The translations under genes were made by a program, and so were the position numbers. Below are positions 27,548 through 32,000 of a stretch of DNA of 32,000 nucleotides, in pieces. Positions within the stretch are counted from its first letter, which is position 1; each line of letters opens with the position of its first letter. Location of the stretch: the NCBI RefSeq assembly GCF_001457595.1, contig NZ_LN831039.1, positions 5,160,001 to 5,192,000 of the forward strand, read 5' to 3'. This DNA is from Mycolicibacterium smegmatis. GTDB taxonomy: Bacteria; Actinomycetota; Actinomycetes; Mycobacteriales; Mycobacteriaceae. The notes under the pieces are model-generated. The model was not told the DNA's origin, ran no database searches, and saw nothing but the letters and a program-made list of their open reading frames with translations.

Positions 27548-28849
27548 GTGCGCATAGGGGGAGGTGCGGCCATCCAGGCCGCTCGACACCGTGCGGGCCG
27601 GTTCATGCGCACCCCGATGGTCGGTGCCGCGGCCCTGGCCCCGCTGATCCTCGCCGGTGCCGTCGGCGCCTCCGCCCCGCCGCACCACGGCAGCAGCGAC
27701 GCCGCGGTGACACCGCTGGCCGCCGTCCAACCTCAGATCGACCACGACGGTCCGGCGGTGGTGGCAGCGGCCAAGGCGCCCACCAAGTTCCACATCGCCA
27801 CCACCACTGCGGTGTCCGCTCCGCCACCCGCGGTCGTCGTCAACAGCCCAGGGGCGCTTGGCATCCCGGGTATGGCACTCAACGCCTACCGCAACGCCGA
27901 GCGCATGATGGCCGCGGCCTACCCGGGCTGCGGCGTGAGCTGGAACCTGCTGGCCGGTATCGGTCGCATCGAGTCCATGCACGCCAACGGCGGGCAGACC
28001 GACGCACGCGGCACCGCGGTGCGTCCCATCTACGGCCCCGCACTCGACGGCACGCTGCCCGGCAACGAGATCATCGTGCAGAGCGCCCAGGCCGGCCGCG
28101 TCACGTACGCACGCGCCATGGGCCCCATGCAGTTCCTGCCCGGCACATGGGCGCGGTACGCCTCCGACGGTGACGGCGACGGCAAGGCCGACGTGCAGAA
28201 CCTCTTCGACGCCTCACTGGCAGCCGCGCGCTACCTGTGCAGCGGTGGACTGAACCTGCGGGACCAGTCGCAGGTGATGACCGCGATCCTGCGGTACAAC
28301 AACTCGATCGCCTACGCGCGCAACGTCCTCGGCTGGGCCGCGGCGTACGCGACGGGTGTGGTGCCCGTCGATCTGCCGCCTATCACGGGCGAGATCCCCG
28401 CGCTCGGCGACAGCCATCTGGAACGCAAAGAGGGTCTCGGCCCCGGGCTGCCCGTCAACGCGCTCGGCCTGCCGCCCGACGATCCGCTTGCACTGATCCC
28501 GGTGCTGGACAGCAATGTGACGGCCACGCGCGTGCCCGCGGCCAACCTGGGCTTCGCGCCCAACCAGGTCCTCGGCCCGCTGCCCGGACCCGCCGAGGCC
28601 GTGCCCACCGCGCCCGCCGCGCCGCCCGAACCCCCGCGCTGGATCCCGCCGTGGGAGCAGCCGCCGCGTCAGCCCGAGTGCGTCGTGTTCTGCCTCGGTG
28701 AGCAGGCACCGCCCGCACCGGCACCGGGTCCCCCACCCGCAGCGCCCACACCCGGTCCCGCGCCGGGCCCGGCACCTGGTCCCGCACCGGGTCCCGCACC
28801 CGCGCCGGTCCTGGGACCGGCCCCCGGTCCTGCCCCCGAGTCGCCGTAG
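27548..28849 (+). CDS. Secreted/membrane-anchored lytic transglycosylase (MltB/SLT_2-like, Rv1230c-like) with a Pro/Ala/Gly-rich tail
   Basis: GTG 27548 is preceded by AAGGA. The in-frame ATG 27605 is an alternative start and gives a clean signal peptide (MRTPMVGAAALAPLILAGAVGASA). Catalytic region GPMQFLPGTWARYASDGDGDGKADVQNLFDASLAAARYLC. Confidence 0.85.
   Translation: MRIGGGAAIQAARHRAGRFMRTPMVGAAALAPLILAGAVGASAPPHHGSSDAAVTPLAAVQPQIDHDGPAVVAAAKAPTKFHIATTTAVSAPPPAVVVNSPGALGIPGMALNAYRNAERMMAAAYPGCGVSWNLLAGIGRIESMHANGGQTDARGTAVRPIYGPALDGTLPGNEIIVQSAQAGRVTYARAMGPMQFLPGTWARYASDGDGDGKADVQNLFDASLAAARYLCSGGLNLRDQSQVMTAILRYNNSIAYARNVLGWAAAYATGVVPVDLPPITGEIPALGDSHLERKEGLGPGLPVNALGLPPDDPLALIPVLDSNVTATRVPAANLGFAPNQVLGPLPGPAEAVPTAPAAPPEPPRWIPPWEQPPRQPECVVFCLGEQAPPAPAPGPPPAAPTPGPAPGPAPGPAPGPAPAPVLGPAPGPAPESP
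28706..28846 (+). repeat. Low-complexity PAPG-type coding repeat
   Basis: Encodes APPAPAPGPPPAAPTPGPAPGPAPGPAPGPAPAPVLGPAPGPAPESP. The DNA units (ggtcccgcaccg-like) are imperfect and carry synonymous variation. Confidence 0.6.
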
Positions 28850-28857
28850 ACTCGGCG

Positions 28858-29997
28858 GTGATGTCCGAATCTGAGCTGCAATCAGCGGTACGCGCCGCGC
28901 TGGCCAAGGTGATCGACCCCGAACTGCGTCGGCCGATCACCGAACTCGGCATGGTCAAGAGCATCTCGATCGAGCCCGACCATTCGGTGCACGTCGAGAT
29001 CTACCTGACCACCTCTGCGTGCCCCAAGAAGAACGAGATCTCCGACCTGGTGTCGGCGGCCGTCACCGACGTACCCGGCACCGGAGCCGTCAAGGTCAGC
29101 CTCGACGTGATGAACGACGAGCAGCGTGCCGAGTTGCGCAAGATGCTGCGCGGCGACTCCCGTGAGCCCGTGATCCCGTTCGCGCAGCCGAACTCGCTCA
29201 CCCGCGTCTACGCCGTCGCGTCGGGCAAGGGCGGCGTCGGAAAGTCCAGCGTCACGGTCAACCTGGCCGCGGCGATGGCCGCGCGCGGTCTGACCGTCGG
29301 CGTGCTCGACGCCGACATCTACGGCCACTCGGTGCCGCGCATGATGGGCACCACCGACCGGCCGACGCAGGTCGACTCGATGATCCTCCCGCCGGTCGCA
29401 CACGACGTGAAGGTCATCTCGATCGCGATGTTCACGCAGGGCAACACGCCCGTCGTGTGGCGCGGGCCCATGCTGCACCGCGCGCTGCAGCAGTTTTTGG
29501 CCGACGTGTACTGGGGCGACCTCGACGTCCTTCTGCTCGATCTGCCGCCCGGCACGGGTGACGTCGCGATCTCCATCGCGCAGCTCATCCCCGGAGCCGA
29601 GATCCTCGTGGTCACCACGCCGCAGCTCGCGGCGGCCGAGGTGGCCGAACGCGCAGGCGCGATCGCCCTGCAGACCCGCCAACGCATCGCCGGTGTGGTC
29701 GAGAACATGTCCGGTCTGCTGATGCCCGACGGCACCGTCATGCAACTGTTCGGTGAGGGCGGCGGCCGCCTGGTCGCCGAATCGCTCACCCGCTCGATCG
29801 GCGCCGACGTGCCGCTGTTGGGTCAGGTGCCGCTGGATCCCGCGCTGGTGTCGGCCGGCGACGCGGGTGTGCCGCTCGTGCTGTCGGCGCCGGATTCGCC
29901 CGCGGGCAAGGAACTGCGCAAGGTGGCCGACGCGTTGTCGGCGCGCAAGCGTGGCCTCGCCGGGATGTCGCTGGGCCTGGACCCGACGCGCCGCTGA
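28858..29997 (+). CDS. mrp: Mrp/ApbC/NBP35-family Fe-S cluster carrier ATPase
   Basis: N-terminal DUF59-like segment (VIDPELRRPITELGMVKSI) and deviant Walker A SGKGGVGKSS. ATG 28861 is an equally plausible start. Confidence 0.92.
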   Translation: MMSESELQSAVRAALAKVIDPELRRPITELGMVKSISIEPDHSVHVEIYLTTSACPKKNEISDLVSAAVTDVPGTGAVKVSLDVMNDEQRAELRKMLRGDSREPVIPFAQPNSLTRVYAVASGKGGVGKSSVTVNLAAAMAARGLTVGVLDADIYGHSVPRMMGTTDRPTQVDSMILPPVAHDVKVISIAMFTQGNTPVVWRGPMLHRALQQFLADVYWGDLDVLLLDLPPGTGDVAISIAQLIPGAEILVVTTPQLAAAEVAERAGAIALQTRQRIAGVVENMSGLLMPDGTVMQLFGEGGGRLVAESLTRSIGADVPLLGQVPLDPALVSAGDAGVPLVLSAPDSPAGKELRKVADALSARKRGLAGMSLGLDPTRR

Positions 29998-30018
29998 CGG
30001 CGTCTAGGTCGCGTCGGG
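29982..30018. terminator. Inverted repeat across the convergent mrp/tatB stops (possible bidirectional terminator)
   Basis: CCCGACGCG (29982-29990) pairs with CGCGTCGGG (30010-30018). An inner GCCG-CTGA-CGGC hairpin is also present. Both stop codons lie inside the structure. Confidence 0.35.
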
Positions 30019-30402
30019 GTCGAACACCGGCCCGGCGGGCTTGTCCGGCTTCTCTTCGGGCTTGTCCTGCGCGGCCGGGGTCTGCGGCTGCTGCTTGGGA
30101 CGCTCGTCGTCGAACTTGCCGGTGAGGAACGAATCGTCGCCGTCGAGCAAATGTTTGGTGATCGCCGCGCGGGGCGTCATGCCGCGCAGCTTCTGCAGTT
30201 CCTGCAGCGGCTCACGCAGATCGTCGAACTCGGGCCCCAGATCCTGACGCAGCTGGCTGGTGGCGCCGCTGACGTAGTCACGGGCCTGGCGCAGCGCGCC
30301 CGACGTCCACCGGATCGCACCGGGCAGGCGTTCGGGGCCGAGGATCACCAGACCCGCGATGACCAGCACGAGCATCTCGCCCCATCCGATGTTGGCGAAC
30401 AT
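30004..30402 (-). CDS. tatB: Twin-arginine translocase subunit TatB
   Basis: N-terminus [28 protein letters not shown] (TatA/B TM helix plus hinge) with an amphipathic, charged tail. Starts 2 nt after the htrA stop. Confidence 0.9.
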
Positions 30403-30404
30403 CG

Positions 30405-31949
<1,545 letters not shown>

Positions 31950-32000
31950 CTACCGGCGCTTACGCCGGCCCCGCGTCGGGTCATCGGCGAACTTGGCCTG
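31950..32000 (-). CDS. rseA: 3' end of an anti-sigma-E factor RseA-like gene (partial; continues beyond the window)
   Basis: The minus-strand frame open from the window edge reads …QAKFADDPTRGRRKRR*, with its stop at 31950-31952. A basic C-terminus and a position upstream of htrA fit sigE-rseA-htrA-tatB synteny (from memory). Too short to verify. Confidence 0.4.
   Translation of the reverse strand, partial: QAKFADDPTRGRRKRR

Noticed and set aside
28706-28846. Short GC-rich DNA repeats, considered as a CRISPR-like or VNTR array.
   Set aside because: The units are ~12 nt, contiguous, in frame and inside a CDS, where they encode a PAPG low-complexity tail. There are no spacers and no cas genes.

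Overview
High-G+C actinobacterial chromosome. Gene content, gene order and the Kgd N-terminus (…[27 protein letters not shown]…) look like Mycolicibacterium (Mycobacterium) smegmatis or a very close relative. That identification is from memory and was not searched. The window is densely packed with 27 protein-coding genes on both strands.

Gene order:
- RecB-like nuclease/SF1B helicase (5'-partial), then an FAD-linked oxidase
- two MFS efflux pumps
- an Rv1249c-like membrane protein
- kgd (2-oxoglutarate decarboxylase)
- an MHS-family MFS transporter
- a methionine aminopeptidase divergent from a small XRE regulator
- an SDR oxidoreductase
- the lpqZ-like lipoprotein and a malic enzyme
- corA
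- a SUFU-like protein coupled to the trehalose importer sugC-sugB-sugA-lpqY
- two small membrane proteins
- a malyl-CoA-lyase/CitE-like enzyme
- a pore-less MgtE-N/CBS protein coupled to a DUF1003 membrane protein
- an MltB-like lytic transglycosylase
- mrp
- tatB-htrA and the 3' tip of rseA

I found no rRNA, tRNA, CRISPR array, transposase, integrase or prophage signature. This reads as conserved core chromosome, not an accessory island, so the findings are modest.

Best candidates for something undescribed:
1. The translationally coupled MgtE-N/CBS + DUF1003 pair.
2. An AT-rich double-palindrome operator between the XRE regulator and a MetAP paralogue.
3. A SUFU-like gene coupled by GTGA to sugC.
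4. A repeat-bearing promoter region upstream of lpqY.
5. Two divergent genes whose start codons interlock in one CATG.

Many very long ORFs in the six-frame track are antisense shadow ORFs lying in exact codon register with the real genes; these are rejected. All family assignments come from motifs read by eye and recalled family knowledge, not from searches.
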